Positions 12,466 to 24,474 of a stretch of DNA of 64,000 bases are shown here, piece after piece. A program made the translations under genes and the position numbers. The notes under the pieces are model-generated. The model ran no database searches. It had not been told where the DNA came from and worked only from the letters and a program-made list of their open reading frames with translations. Within the stretch, counting starts at the first letter, position 1; the number at the start of each line of letters is the position of its first letter. Source of the DNA: Chiloscyllium plagiosum (taxonomy: Eukaryota). The DNA lies in assembly GCF_004010195.1 (NCBI RefSeq), contig NC_057718.1, positions 93,740,179 through 93,804,178 on the forward strand, in the 5' to 3' direction.

Positions 12466-13357
12466 CTGACCAGATTGATTGGAAACCATATTTAGCAGAT
12501 AACCATATTTAGTAATATTCTTCCAAAGATTCTGAAATTCGGGCATTCTTGCCTGACCCAAAAGTGATTTGTAGTGCCTCAGATCACAGAGATTGAAGTT
12601 CACAGAATGAAGCAGTTCCTATATTAATACTGATTCCAACTGCAATCAAACTATCTCCAATCCAGTACTGTGACATAGACATCATTCTGCTACTGGCAAC
12701 CTGTTCCCATTTCCATAGGAAAATAGACATGTTTCAGGTGGTTACCAAGATACCACATGGAATAGCAACAGATAGATCGCTACTTCAATGTTGATTCCTA
12801 CATGGCAAAGCACTTAAAACCAAGTGAAGGTTTCTCTTGACTTGGTGTTAGAGCAGGTGAAGCAGAAGTTCATAGTAGAGGTAAGCTTAGTTCACCAAAG
12901 ACTTACAAGGATGTTGCCAGGATTGAAGGGTTTGAGCACTGGGGAGAGGCTGAATAGGCTGACGCTATTTTCCCTGGAGAGTCAGAGTCTGAAGGGTGAC
13001 CTTATAAAACCGTGAGAGGCATGGATAGGCATGGAAAGATCACTGAGTGAGGTCTTTGTGCTGAAGTTAAATGGGGGTCCATTCAATTATCAGGCCTTCC
13101 TAGTGCCCTAATGTAAATATAGTCTGGTTCAAGTAAGAGATGCCTTTGACTTGCTTGGACAGAGTCAAACTCCAATGTTTGTTTCCTTGATATGCTACTA
13201 TACAGAACCTAACTGTGTTTGTGACTATTTATATACATAAATATATTTTTTATAAATAAAGTATATATTTAAAATTAAAAACATTTTGAAGTATAGTAGG
13301 ATAGTGGTGGTTAACAGGTAGATAACCAAGAATCCTAATTTCAAATCCCAAACATGA

Positions 13358-13672
13358 TGGCAGCATGGTAGTTCTGTGGTTAGCACTGCTGCCTCACAGC
13401 GCTAGGGAACTGGGTTTGATTCCAGCCTCGGGTGACTGTCTGTGTGGAGTTTGTACATTCTCCTCGTGTCTGTGTGGGTTTCCTCCCACAGTCCAAAAGA
13501 TGTGCAGTTTAGGTAAAAATTGCCCATAGCGTTTGGGGATGTGTAGGTTAGGGGAATTAGTCAGGGGTAAATGTAGAGTAATAGGGGAGTGGGTCTGTGC
13601 GAGTTATTTTTGGAGGGTCGGTGTGGACTTGTTGAGCCAAAGGGGCTGTTTCCACACTGTAGGAATTCTATG
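13358..13672 (+). mobile_element. HE1-like SINE
   Basis: Near full-length copy with head, core and tail. Confidence 0.9.
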
Positions 13673-13877
13673 AATTTACAAATCTTACAGTTTGAGTGTT
13701 TGCACCTAACATTCCACTCAGACACCAGTGAAAGATTAACACAGTCATGTCTGCCTTTACTTTAATCTTTTTAGTTGAAGAATTCTTGAACTGTCCTGAT
13801 CAATAGATATGAGCTTGAAGTTATTACAAACAGTGTGTAGATTTGATTTCTTTCTTCTAAATAGACTGTTTTTTATA

Positions 13878-14008
13878 TGGAGAAAGTGAGGACTGCAGAT
13901 GCTGGAGATCAGAGTCGAGAGTATGGTGCTGGAAAAGCACAACAGGTCAGGCAACATCTGATGAACAGGAGAATCAACGTTTCGGGCAAAAGCTCTTCAT
14001 CAGGGATG
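13878..14008 (-). mobile_element. Short PLE-derived element, family 1
   Basis: Minus strand CTGATGA-A-GAGC-TTTT-GCCC-GAAACGTT followed by the family-1 terminus. Confidence 0.82.
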
Positions 14009-14185
14009 AGGGCTTGTATTGTATATGTACTACTCTTGATAAAACCTCTTCAAAATCTAAATTTCATTGTGTAATTCACAATACATTTGAGTTAAGCAAT
14101 AAGCTGAAAAATCAACCTATACGCACACCTTAATGTAGGTGATAGAAAATAAATGGAATTGAGTGGGAACAAGTCATTGCAGATA

Positions 14186-15918
14186 ATAGACAATAGACAA
14201 TAGGTGCAGGAGTAAGCCATTCATTATGATTATGACTGATCATCCACAATCAGTATCCTGTTCCTGCCTTATCCCCATAACCCTTGATTCCACTATCTTT
14301 AAGAACTCTCTTTCTTGAAAATATCCAGATACTTGGCCTCCACTGCCTTCTGGGGCAGAGCATTCCATACACCCACCACTCTCTGGATGAAGAAATTTCT
14401 TCTCACCTCTGTTCTAAATGGCCTACCCCTTATTTTTAAACTATGTCCTATGGTTCTGGACTCAGCTTGGAATCTGTCTTCCTGTTCTTGCCACCAAAAT
14501 GGATAACCACACATTTATCCACATTAAACTGCATCTGCCATGCATCTGTCCACTCACCTAGCCTTTCCAAGTCACCCTGTATTCTCATACATCCTCCTCA
14601 CATTTCACGCTGCCACCCAGCTTTGTGTCATCAGCAAATTTGCTAATATTACTTTTCATACCATCATCATTAATGTATATTGTAAACATCTGCAGTCCCA
14701 GCACTGAACCTTGTGGTACCCCACTGGTCACTGCCTGCCATTCCAAAGGGGACCCGTTTATCACTACTCTTTGTTTACTGTAAACCAGCCAATTTTCAAT
14801 CCAAGTCAGTATTTGCCCCCAATACCATGTGCTCTAAATTTGCTCGCTATTCTCCTATGTGGGACTTTATTAAAGGCTTTCTGAAAGTCCAGGTACACTA
14901 CATCCACTGGCTCTCCTTTGTCCATCTTCATAGTTACATCCTCAAAACATTCCAGAAGATTAGTCAAGCACAATTTTCCCTTCATAAATCCATGCTGACT
15001 CTGATCTATCCTGTTATTGCTATCCAAATGAGTTGTAATTTCATCTTTTATAATAGACTCCAGCATCTTTCCCACCACTGACGTCAGGCTACCTGGACTA
15101 TAATTCCCTGTTTTCTCTCACCCTCCCTTCTTGAAAAGTGGGACAACATTAGCCACCCTCCAATCCGCAGGAACTGATCCTGAATCTATAGGACATTAGA
15201 AAATGATTACCAATGCCTCCACAATTTCGAGAGCCATCTCCTTAAGTACCCTGGGATGCAGACCATCAGGTCCTGGGGACTTATCAGCCTTCAGACCTAA
15301 CAGTCTACCCACACCATTTCCTGCCTAATATAAATTCCCTTCACTTCATTCATTACCCTAGGTCCTTCAGCCACTACTACATCTGGGAGATTGCTTGTGT
15401 CTTCCCCAGTGAAGATAGATCCAAAGTACCTATTCAACTGTTCTGCCATTTCCTTGTTCCCCATAATAAATTCACCTGTTTCTGTCTTCAAAGACCCAAT
15501 TTTAGTCTTAACCATTTTTTTTTCTTTTCACATACCTAAAAAGGCTTTTACTATCCTCCTTTATATTTTTGGCCAGTTGCCTTCGTACCTCACTTTTTTC
15601 TCCACGTATTGCCTGTTTAGTTATCCTCTGTTGGTCTTTAAATGTTTCCCAGTTGTCCGGCTTCCCGCTCATCTTTGCTAAGTTATACTTCTCTTTTATC
15701 CTTATACAGTCCTTAACTTCCCTCGTCAGCCCCGGCATCCCCTGCCTCCCCTTAGGATCTTTCTTCCTCTTTGGAATGAACTGATCCTGTACCTTCTGCA
15801 TTATACCCAGAAATACCTGCCATTGTTGTTACACTGCCATCCCTACTAGGATATTGCACCATTGAACTTTGACCAGCTCCTCCCTCATAGCTCCACAGTT
15901 CCCTTTGTTCAACTGCAA
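14186..15918 (-). mobile_element. CR1 LINE ORF2 (RT) with internal deletions, plus 3' end
   Basis: SQHGFMKGKLCLTNLLECFEDVT..VDVVYLDFQKAFNKVPH (RT); FFIQRVVGVWNALP; tail repeat near 14190. Confidence 0.95.
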
Positions 15919-15934
15919 TCTGTAGTTGATGGAA

Positions 15935-16037
15935 TCTGTACAGAAAACAACAAATGCTGGAGATCACAGCAGGTCAGGCAGCATCCATGGAGAGAGAGCA
16001 AGCTAACGATTCGAGTCTAAATGACTCTTCATCAGAG
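15935..16037 (-). mobile_element. Short PLE-derived element, family 3 variant
   Basis: Minus strand CTGATGA-A-GAGTC-ATTTA-GACTC-GAAT-CGTTA; shares GATGCTGCCTGACCTGCTG with family 1. Confidence 0.7.
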
Positions 16038-16969
16038 TATGTCTTTTTCAAATATCTTGCAGCACATTGACACCAAATAACTAACCAAACCAATTTAAAC
16101 TGCTATGCTACATGAAAATCTCATTGCTTTCACTGCCCCCAGGTAATGAGAGACAATGATTCAACGAATTTTGTGAGATAAGTTATGATTATTATTGAAA
16201 GTAATTTGAAGAGCCAGCTTAATAAATACATTTCTGACACTGCCTAATTAGTCGATCTAACATCTTGTTTATTTTATTTACTGACTGCATACAAAATTAT
16301 AGGTTAGAATGTATTGTGCACCATTCATCGCACAATTTGATGCCTTCCGTCACTCATTCTGCATTCCTTCGCTGTTGCTGTTGATGTAAAAGCTTCTAAC
16401 ACACCTCCAATTAGCCCTGTGGGTGCACATTGCTTGGACTGCAATTTGAAAAAAAGGCAGCTCACCAAAAACCTCTCAAGTGCAATTAGGATGGGCAATA
16501 AATGTTGGCCTAACCAGCAATGCCCACACCTCATGAACAAATAAAAAAAAATCTCAAGCTCAACAAAAGGCTAAAGGACGAGAAAAAGAAATCTTGATAT
16601 TTTCAGTAGTTTCCAATCTATCTGTTCAGAGATGTTATTATGCACCTCTGGTGAAAATGGGACTTATACCTTGGTCTCCTGGCTCAGAGATCGGGACACT
16701 ACCAGTGCACCTAAGAGCCCAGCTTTGCATTTCATCGATGTCTTTCTTTTACTTTTAAGGAGACAATTATTCTTGAGTAAAACCTGGGTTTTACTCTTTA
16801 GTTCTAAGATTTAGTTTATTTTACATATCAACTTTCAGATTTGTTTTACCAACATATATACACTGCCAGGTCATGAATGTGCCATGTTTTCACTCATGAT
16901 TGGTCTTGCAAAGAAATTATTTTATAATGCCACACTATACGGTGAATGGTAAGGGTCTTTTCCCCAGGG

Positions 16970-17255
16970 TGGGTGAGTTCAAAACTAGGGGACATATGTT
17001 CAGGTGAGAGAAGAAAGATTTAAAAAGGAGGGACAACATATTTTACACTCAGAATGGTTCGTGTGCAGAATGAACTGCCAAAGAAAGTGGTGGATGCAGG
17101 TTACAACGTTTAAAAGATATTTGAATAAGTTCATAAGTAGGAAAGCTCTGGAGGGATATGGGCCAAGTGCAGGCAGTTGGCAATGGTTGAGTTTGGGAAC
17201 ACAGTCAGCATGGGCTGGTTGGACTGCAGGGTTTGTTTCCATACTGTATGACTCA
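16970..17255 (+). mobile_element. CR1 3' fragment
   Basis: TTFKRYLNKFISRKALEGYGPSAG and 3' UTR. Confidence 0.85.
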
Positions 17256-18024
17256 ATAACAGTAACAAACCATAATTATAAATTAGCCATAAACCAACTT
17301 TGGATGATCAACTAGATATAGCATCTCAATTCGATTGTCATTGAAAGATAAGTACTTAATAATCAGTAGTAAATAAAAGTTGAATTTTAAATAATGCCTA
17401 CTATAAAGCATGGTTCAAACAGACTGTGAGAGAGCTCCTCCAACATCTTGCCAGTAGCAAGATGCTCATGGTATTTTTAATCAAATTCTTCAGAGATGTT
17501 ACTATTCTTATCTGGAGTAGACAGGATTTAAACCTGGGTTCTCTGGATTAGAGACAGGGACACTACCACAACATCACTACCAATGCCTTCTAAAGAAGCA
17601 CAAGCTTTGGAACAGCGTCACTGGACTTGAAATGTCAACTTTTTCTTTCTCACTATAGATGCTGCCAGACCTGGACATTTCTCCAGCACGTTCTGTTTTC
17701 TGTTTTGAACCAAAGCTTGTTCATAAAATGAGACACTCACTCCATTGTACACATGGATTCAATCAAATTGACTATTACTATTTTATTAACAAATTAGATT
17801 TCAACAACTTTCAAGTTAAGACAGTTATTCCCAAATGGAGCATAAAATCAGTGCCATAGTTTTGAATTTTCCAAGCATCCTGTGTCTGTTAAAGCATATT
17901 ATGCTCTGAGGCAGGACTTTCAATTCATCTCATGAGGAAAACCTTTGAGAATTCTGAATCGATGGCTTTCTGTCAGTATAAAAACTGGAAATGCTATGTC
18001 ACAAGGAAGGAAGAGGTTTCATAG

Positions 18025-18206
18025 GAAGTGGTGGAGGCTGGTACAATTGCAACATTAAAGAGGCATTTGGATGGGTATATGAATAAGCAGGGTTTGGAGG
18101 GATATGGGCCGGATGCTGGCAGGTGGGACTAGATTGGATTGGGATATCTGGCCGGCATGGACGGGTTGGACCGAAGGGCCTGTTTCCATGCTGTACATCT
18201 CTATGT
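18025..18206 (+). mobile_element. CR1 3' end (5'-truncated, young)
   Basis: Near-identical to 35157-35340. Confidence 0.9.
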
Positions 18207-18324
18207 CTGCAAGCAAGGTTTTGGATGACAGTTTCAAGTCAGTTGTGAATTTTTGATAACTGTGACTTTTGTGTTTGTTGAAAATTACTTAAACAGTCCT
18301 TGATTGTTACATTTTGTTGGATTA

Positions 18325-18665
18325 TCACAGAATCCCTACAGTTTGGAAGCAAGCCATTAGACCATCAAGTCCACACCAATCCTCCAAAGAGTATCCCACC
18401 TTGACCTTCCCCATCCCTGTAGTACTGCATTTCCCACGGTTAATCCACCCAGCCTACACAGCTCTGTGACACCATAGGCGATTTAGCATAGCAAACCCAT
18501 CTAACATGCACATCTTTGAAGCGTAGGAGGAAACCAGAGCATTTATAGGAAAGCCATGCAGATTCAGGGACAATGGGTAAACATCCCCACAGACAGTTGT
18601 CCAAGAGTGGAATTGAACCTAGAACTCTTGCACTCTGAGGCAGCAGTGCTAACCACTGAGCCCCT
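18325..18665 (-). mobile_element. HE1-like SINE (diverged)
   Basis: Reverse-complement head GGCAGCAGTGCTAACCACTGAGCC and core. Confidence 0.82.
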
Positions 18666-19342
18666 GTATCATAGTCAATAAAATTTGATATTATTCAGTG
18701 TTCTAGTTTTGCCTGATGATTTATCTTTGTTGAATTTGAAACACCTGAACTAAACAATTCAAGCAGTTAATTGGTGCCATTTATTTAGGCTTGCGCAATC
18801 AAGTTGAACAAACCTAAATGATCTAACCAACCCATTAAAACTCCCGATTGTGAATGTTTTCCATTAACTTTTAGAGTGAGTTGTTGAGGATTTTCTATTC
18901 AAACATAAATTTAAACAGTATACCAGGGATTGATGTAGGGTTTTGTGCCACAGTGTAGGATCCCTATGTCTGAGACAGAAGAGTCTGGGTTCAAGTCCCA
19001 TCTTCAGGCTCTGAAGGTGTGTCAAACTGAGCTGCTCGTTGGATGCTGCCTGAACTGCTGTGCTCTTCCAGCACCACTGATCCAGAACCAGGTTGGTTTG
19101 AAACAACTAGCAAGGAAATATTATTAAGTCCGCTGCTTCAGCATAGTTACTGTTGAGTGTAACCATCTTCTGAATGTACAAAATCATGGAAACCATGTCC
19201 AGTTGCATGCAGCTCTGATGCTATGCGTTGGTTGAAATGGTACCTGTGGCCATTTACTGAAGAATTCTTGTCAACTTCCTCCTCCCAGTCTCAAAGGTAA
19301 TCCAGCAAGCTCCTGGACAGCAAGGTTACACATGCTGTATCA

Positions 19343-19835
19343 GAACATAAAGAAACGGAGAAGAAGTAGGCCAACTGGCCCCTTGAGCGCGCTCCGCCGC
19401 TCAATAAGATCATGGCTGATCTTTTCACGGATTCAACTCCACTTACCTGCCCACTCACTGTAACTCTTAATTCCTTTACTGTTCAAAAACCTATCTTTAC
19501 CTTAAAAACATTCAATGAGGTGGCCTCAACTGCTTCAGTGGGCAGGGAATTCCACAGATTCACAACCTTTTGGGTGAAGAAGTTCCTCCTCAACTCAGTC
19601 CTAAATCTGCTCCCCCTTATTCTGAGGCTATGCCCCCTCTTTCTAGTTTCACCTCCAAGTGGAAACAACCTCCCTGCTTCTATCTCATCTATTTATTTCA
19701 TAATTTTATATGTTTCCATAAGAGTCCCCTCATTTTTCTAAATCTCAATGATTATGGTCCTAGTATATTCAATCTCTCCTCATAAGCCAACTCTATCGTT
19801 CTGGTATCGACTTAGTGAACCCCCTCTGCACCCCA
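19343..19835 (-). mobile_element. CR1 3' fragment
   Basis: RGHSLRIRGSRFRTELRRNFFTQKVVNLWNSLP. Confidence 0.92.
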
Positions 19836-19925
19836 TCTTACTGCATGACTACATAACAAAATTCTCATGCTTGTTACTACTTTGCAAAGTCCTGAGAGCC
19901 TTTCTTTACTAGAAAAGACCAGTGC

Positions 19926-20087
19926 TGAAAATGTGTTGATGGAAAAGCGCAGCAGGTCAGGCAGCATCCAGGGAACAGGAGAATCGACGTCGATTCTCCT
20001 GTTCCCTGGATGCTGCCTGACCTGCTGCGCTTTTCCAGCAACACATTTTCAGCTCTGATCTCCAGCATCTGCAGACCTCACTTTCTC
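19926..20087. mobile_element. Palindromic family-1 PLE insertion with 17-bp TSD
   Basis: CTAGAAAAGACCAGTGC at 19909-19925 and 20088-20104; loopless centre GAATCGACGTCGATTC at 19981-19996. Confidence 0.88.
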
Positions 20088-22050
20088 CTAGAAAAGACCA
20101 GTGCCATTCAGGGGCCAGCCTAAATACTCATAGACTCCATATTCTGCTGAACCTCTCTTAGCTTCAGTAGCTTTGTTGTAAATGACTTAAACTTTAAAGC
20201 ATCTTCTACCTGCTAAACTCTGCAGGCTAGTCAACTCTACCTATCCTTTGCCTACATTTCTTTTGTATAGATTAGAATCAGTCTTTCAGAAATTGTGTTA
20301 GGGTGCAGAGCTTCTTCTGAGATCCAACTATCTGTTGCCTTTGAGAGTGTTAAATATACTTGCAAGGGTTTTCTTTTTATCTGCCTTTTTTTCCAATACA
20401 AATAACCCTAGTGCCTGTGGTTTTTCTTCATAATATTGGTTTCCAGTCCCACACCAAATATAGCCGCTTTTATATCTTCTTTCAACGGTATGTTTAAAAC
20501 ATGAATTCCCACAACTCAGGCCTTGCTTTACTGTGTGCAATCGTTCTGTAAACATACTGGATCTACTATGGCCACTTTCACAGGAAACCCAGTTTTAAAA
20601 CAGCACAAAATGCTCTTCTTAGTACTCACTCCAAAGGCAGGGAGGTGAGTGCTTCAGTGCCATTCTTCTAATTGAACAGTTAACCAATGTTTACTGCAAA
20701 GCAGCTATTTCTTCCCGTGTCTTATTAAGTATTACAACACAAACATCCATTCAGCCCATCTAGTCCATGCCAGTATTTAATATCCGACATAAGCTTCATC
20801 AATCCACTCTTCTAACTCTATCAATATATCCATCTATTTTTTTTCTTATTATTTACTTTCCATTTGAAATCATCTATGCTATTGGCATCAATGAGTCTCT
20901 GTGGTAGCAAATTGCACATTCTGAATTTGTGCTCTATTCCTTAAAATTAATGTCATGGGAGATTCTGTTTATTTTTGAGACTGAAGGAACAACTATAGGT
21001 GTGGTATCTTCGAATGACATTAAAGGTCAAAAAAAGGTATTAATGTCATGTGACCACCATAGACACATGTACCAGCAGAGGGAGTCTGCTAGCAAGTGAA
21101 ATATAGGATCTATGTTTAACAGCGTGTGAAATTATAATTCTGAGTGTCTCTAATGGAATATATTGTTGTTTCTGTCTCAGGAACATCATAATAGCATGGT
21201 AGAGATTACTAAAGAAGGGGACCTCAAAAATAAGGGCATAATTGCTTTGAAGGATGAAAGGCAGAGACATCAAGAAATAATTCAGTGTCCGCAAAATTTG
21301 AGCTGGTATAGCTGTTGCAAATGATTCTCAAAGTAGGACCAGGCAAGGTTGTAAAAGGATGCTTTGAAGTACATGGGGACCGAGAAGTAAATGTGTTAAT
21401 GTAATAAGGACTAGTGAAGCTTGCAGGGACAAGGACAATATGATAGCAATGTAGGACTTAGAATCACAGAGTCACAGCACAGAAACAGGTCCTTCAGACC
21501 AACTCATCTGCACCAATCAGACATCTCAATCTGGCCTAATCCTATTAGCCAGTATTTGACCCTAAACCCTCTGAACCCTTCCTATTCATTTACCCATTCA
21601 GGTGCCTTTTAAATGCTGTAATTGTACCAGCCTCCACCACTTCCTCTGGCAGCTTGTTCCATAAATGCACCACCCTCTGTGTGAAAAAGTTACCCCTCAG
21701 GCCCTTTTTAAATCTTTCCCATCTCACCTTAAACCTATGAACTCCCCTGTGGAAAAGACTTTGTTTATTCACCCTGTGCAGGCCCTCATGATTTTATAAA
21801 CCTCCACACGTCACTCCTCAGTTCCAGGGAAAGTAGCCCTAGCTTATTCAGCCACTTCCTATAGCCCAAACACTCAAACCCTGGCAATATCCTTGTAAAT
21901 CTTATCTGCACCCTTCCAAGTTTCACAATATCCTTCCTATAGAAGGGCGACCAGAATTGTATGCAGTATTCTAAAAGTGGCCTCACAATATCCTGTATAG
22001 CTGCAAAATGACATTCCAACTCTGACACTCAATGTTATGACCAATGAAGG

Positions 22051-22253
22051 AGAAAGTGAGGTCTGCAGATGCTGGAGATCAAAGTTGAAACTTTATTGCT
22101 GGAACAGCACAGCAGGTCAGGCAGCATCCAGGGAACAGGAGACTCGACGTTTCAGGCACAGTCCTGAAGAAGGGCCTGTGCCCGAAACGTCGAGTCTCCT
22201 GTTCCCTGGATGCTGCCTGACCTGCTGTGCTGTTCCAGCAATAAAGTTTCAAC
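22051..22253. mobile_element. Hairpin family-1 PLE insertion with hammerhead core and 16-bp TSD
   Basis: TTATGACCAATGAAGG at 22035-22050 and 22254-22269; 80-bp inverted arms; CTGAAGA at 22164-22170. Confidence 0.9.
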
Positions 22254-23061
22254 TTATGACCAATGAAGGCAAGCATGCCAAATGCTGCCTTCACCACCCT
22301 GTCTGCCTTCAGTTCCAGTTTCTAGGAACTATGCACCTGCACCCCTAGGTCTCTTTGTTCGGCAACACAGCCCAGGCCCCAACCATTAACTATGTAAGCC
22401 ATGCCCTAGTTTGCCTCATCAAAACGCAACACCTCACATTTATCTAAATTAAACTCCATCTGCCACTCTTAGTCCATTGGTCTATCTGATCAAGGTCCCA
22501 TTGTACTCTGTGATAATTGCCTTCACTATCCATACATCACCTATTTTGGAGTCATTTACAAATTTACTAACTATACCTCCTATTGTCACATCCAAATCAT
22601 TGATATAAATGACAAAAGGTAGTGGACCCAGCACCGATCCTTGAGGCACACCACTGGTCACGGGCCTCCAATCCTAAAAACAACCCTCCACCACCACCCT
22701 ACCTTCAAGCCAATTTTGTATCCAATTGGCTGGGTCTCCATGGATCCCATATGGTCTAACCTTATGAACCAATCCACCACATGGAACCTTGTTGAACGCT
22801 TTGCTGAAGTCCATTGCCTTCATTAATCTTCTTTGTCACCTCTTCAAAAATCTCTATCAAGTTAGTAAGACATGATTTCCCATGCATAAAACCATGCCGA
22901 CTATCTCTAACCAATCCGTTCTTTTTCAAATGCTTGTAAATCCTGCTTCTCAAAATCCCCTCCAACAACTTACCAACCACTGACGTCAGGCTCACTGGTC
23001 TATAGTTCCCTGACATTTCCTTACAGCCTTTCATAAACAATGGCACCATGTTAGCCAACCT

Positions 23062-23264
23062 GGGAATCTGTTTAGCTTAGTTGGCTGGATCGTTGGTTTC
23101 TAGGCAGTATGATGCCAACAGCATGGGTTCAATTCCTGTTACCGTGAAGGACCCTCCTTCTCAACCTCTTCCCTTGCCTGAGGTCTGGCCCCCAGGTGAA
23201 ATCACAGCCAGTTGCTTCTCTTTAATGAGAGCAGTCCCTATGATATGATGACACAATGACAACA
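23062..23264 (+). mobile_element. tRNA-headed SINE, second family, nested in CR1
   Basis: TSD TTAGCCAACCT at 23051-23061 and 23265-23275. Confidence 0.8.
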
Positions 23265-23901
23265 TTAGCCAACCTCCAGTATTTTAGCACCTCACCCATG
23301 GCTATCGATGATAAAAGTACGAAGGAGTCCAGCAATCACTTCCCACAAAGTTCTGCGAAACACCTGATCATGACTGAGAAATTTATCTACCTTTACGCAT
23401 TTTAAGACCTCCTGTTCTGTTGTATGAACTCTTTTCAAGACATCGCTATTTATTTCCCCAAGTTCCCTAGCTTCCATGTCCTCCTTCATGGTAAACACTG
23501 ACGCAAAATATTCATTTAATAGCTTGCCCATCTCCTGTGATTCCACATGTAGAGAGCACACTGACTTTTAAGGGACCCTATTCTAACCCTGGTTACTCTT
23601 TTGCCCTTAATGTATTCAGAGAATCTCTTTAGATTTGTATGGAAGAGAACTCATTCAACTGATTTCAGGATTAGAGATGTTTGCAAAAGGTGAAAGTGGG
23701 GAATCTAATGAAGACAATATTAAAAATCAATCCTCAACTGATGAGAATATAGATTACAGCAACAAGGGATTGAGACTGGGAGATTGACAGGCAGTACTCA
23801 GTGGAAATGAAGTAAGGTGGTTTAGTTGTCATAGACTATCAACCGGGCATACGTTTGAAAACTTCGCTCACGGTCAAAAAAGACAAAGCATTGTAAATCA
23901 G

Positions 23902-24195
23902 GGTGGCACGGTGGTTCAGTGGTTAGCACTGCTGCCTCACAGCACCATCGTCCCAGGTTCGATTCCAGCCTTGGACAACTGTCTGTGTGGAGTTTGCACG
24001 TTCTCCCTGTGTCTGTGTGGGTTTCATCCCACAGTCCAAAGATGTGCAGGTTAGGTAAATTGGCCATGCTAAATTACCTGTAGTGTTAGATGCATTAGTC
24101 AGAGGGAAATGGGTCTGTGTGGGTTACTCTTCAGAGGGTCGACGTGGACTGGTTGTGCTGAAGGGCCTGTTTCTACACTGTAGGTGATCTAATCT
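23902..24195 (+). mobile_element. HE1-like SINE
   Basis: A box, GGTTCGATTCC B box, core, tail. Confidence 0.92.
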
Positions 24196-24474
24196 TAAAA
24201 GAAAATCCACCTGCTGGAGTACAACCACCCTGAGGAAATTTCAGCTCATCTTGATTTCACATCAGGTGGAAGGCTGAATAAGCAGCAGCAAGAAATTTGA
24301 AATTAAGGATTTATTTTTATTCGTTTTCAGTGTGTGGTTCGTTGGTCATTACTAATTGCCCCTGAGATGATGGTGGTGAGCAGCTATCTTGAACTGCTGC
24401 ACTCCTGTATAGCACAGTGCTGTTAGGGAGGAATTTCCAAGATTTTGACTCCTAGACAGTGAAGGAACAGTGAC

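Larger units (their letters stand above)
21458..23635 (-). mobile_element. CR1 LINE ORF2 (RT through 3' end) with two nested insertions
   Basis: GNYRPVSLTSVVGKLLEGIL..RHGFMHGKSCLTNLIE; RPLLEYCIQFWSP; FFTQRVVHLWNKLP. Confidence 0.95.

Noticed and set aside
23902..23975. tRNA genes at SINE heads
   Set aside because: A and B boxes run straight into the SINE core in every copy; not stand-alone tRNAs
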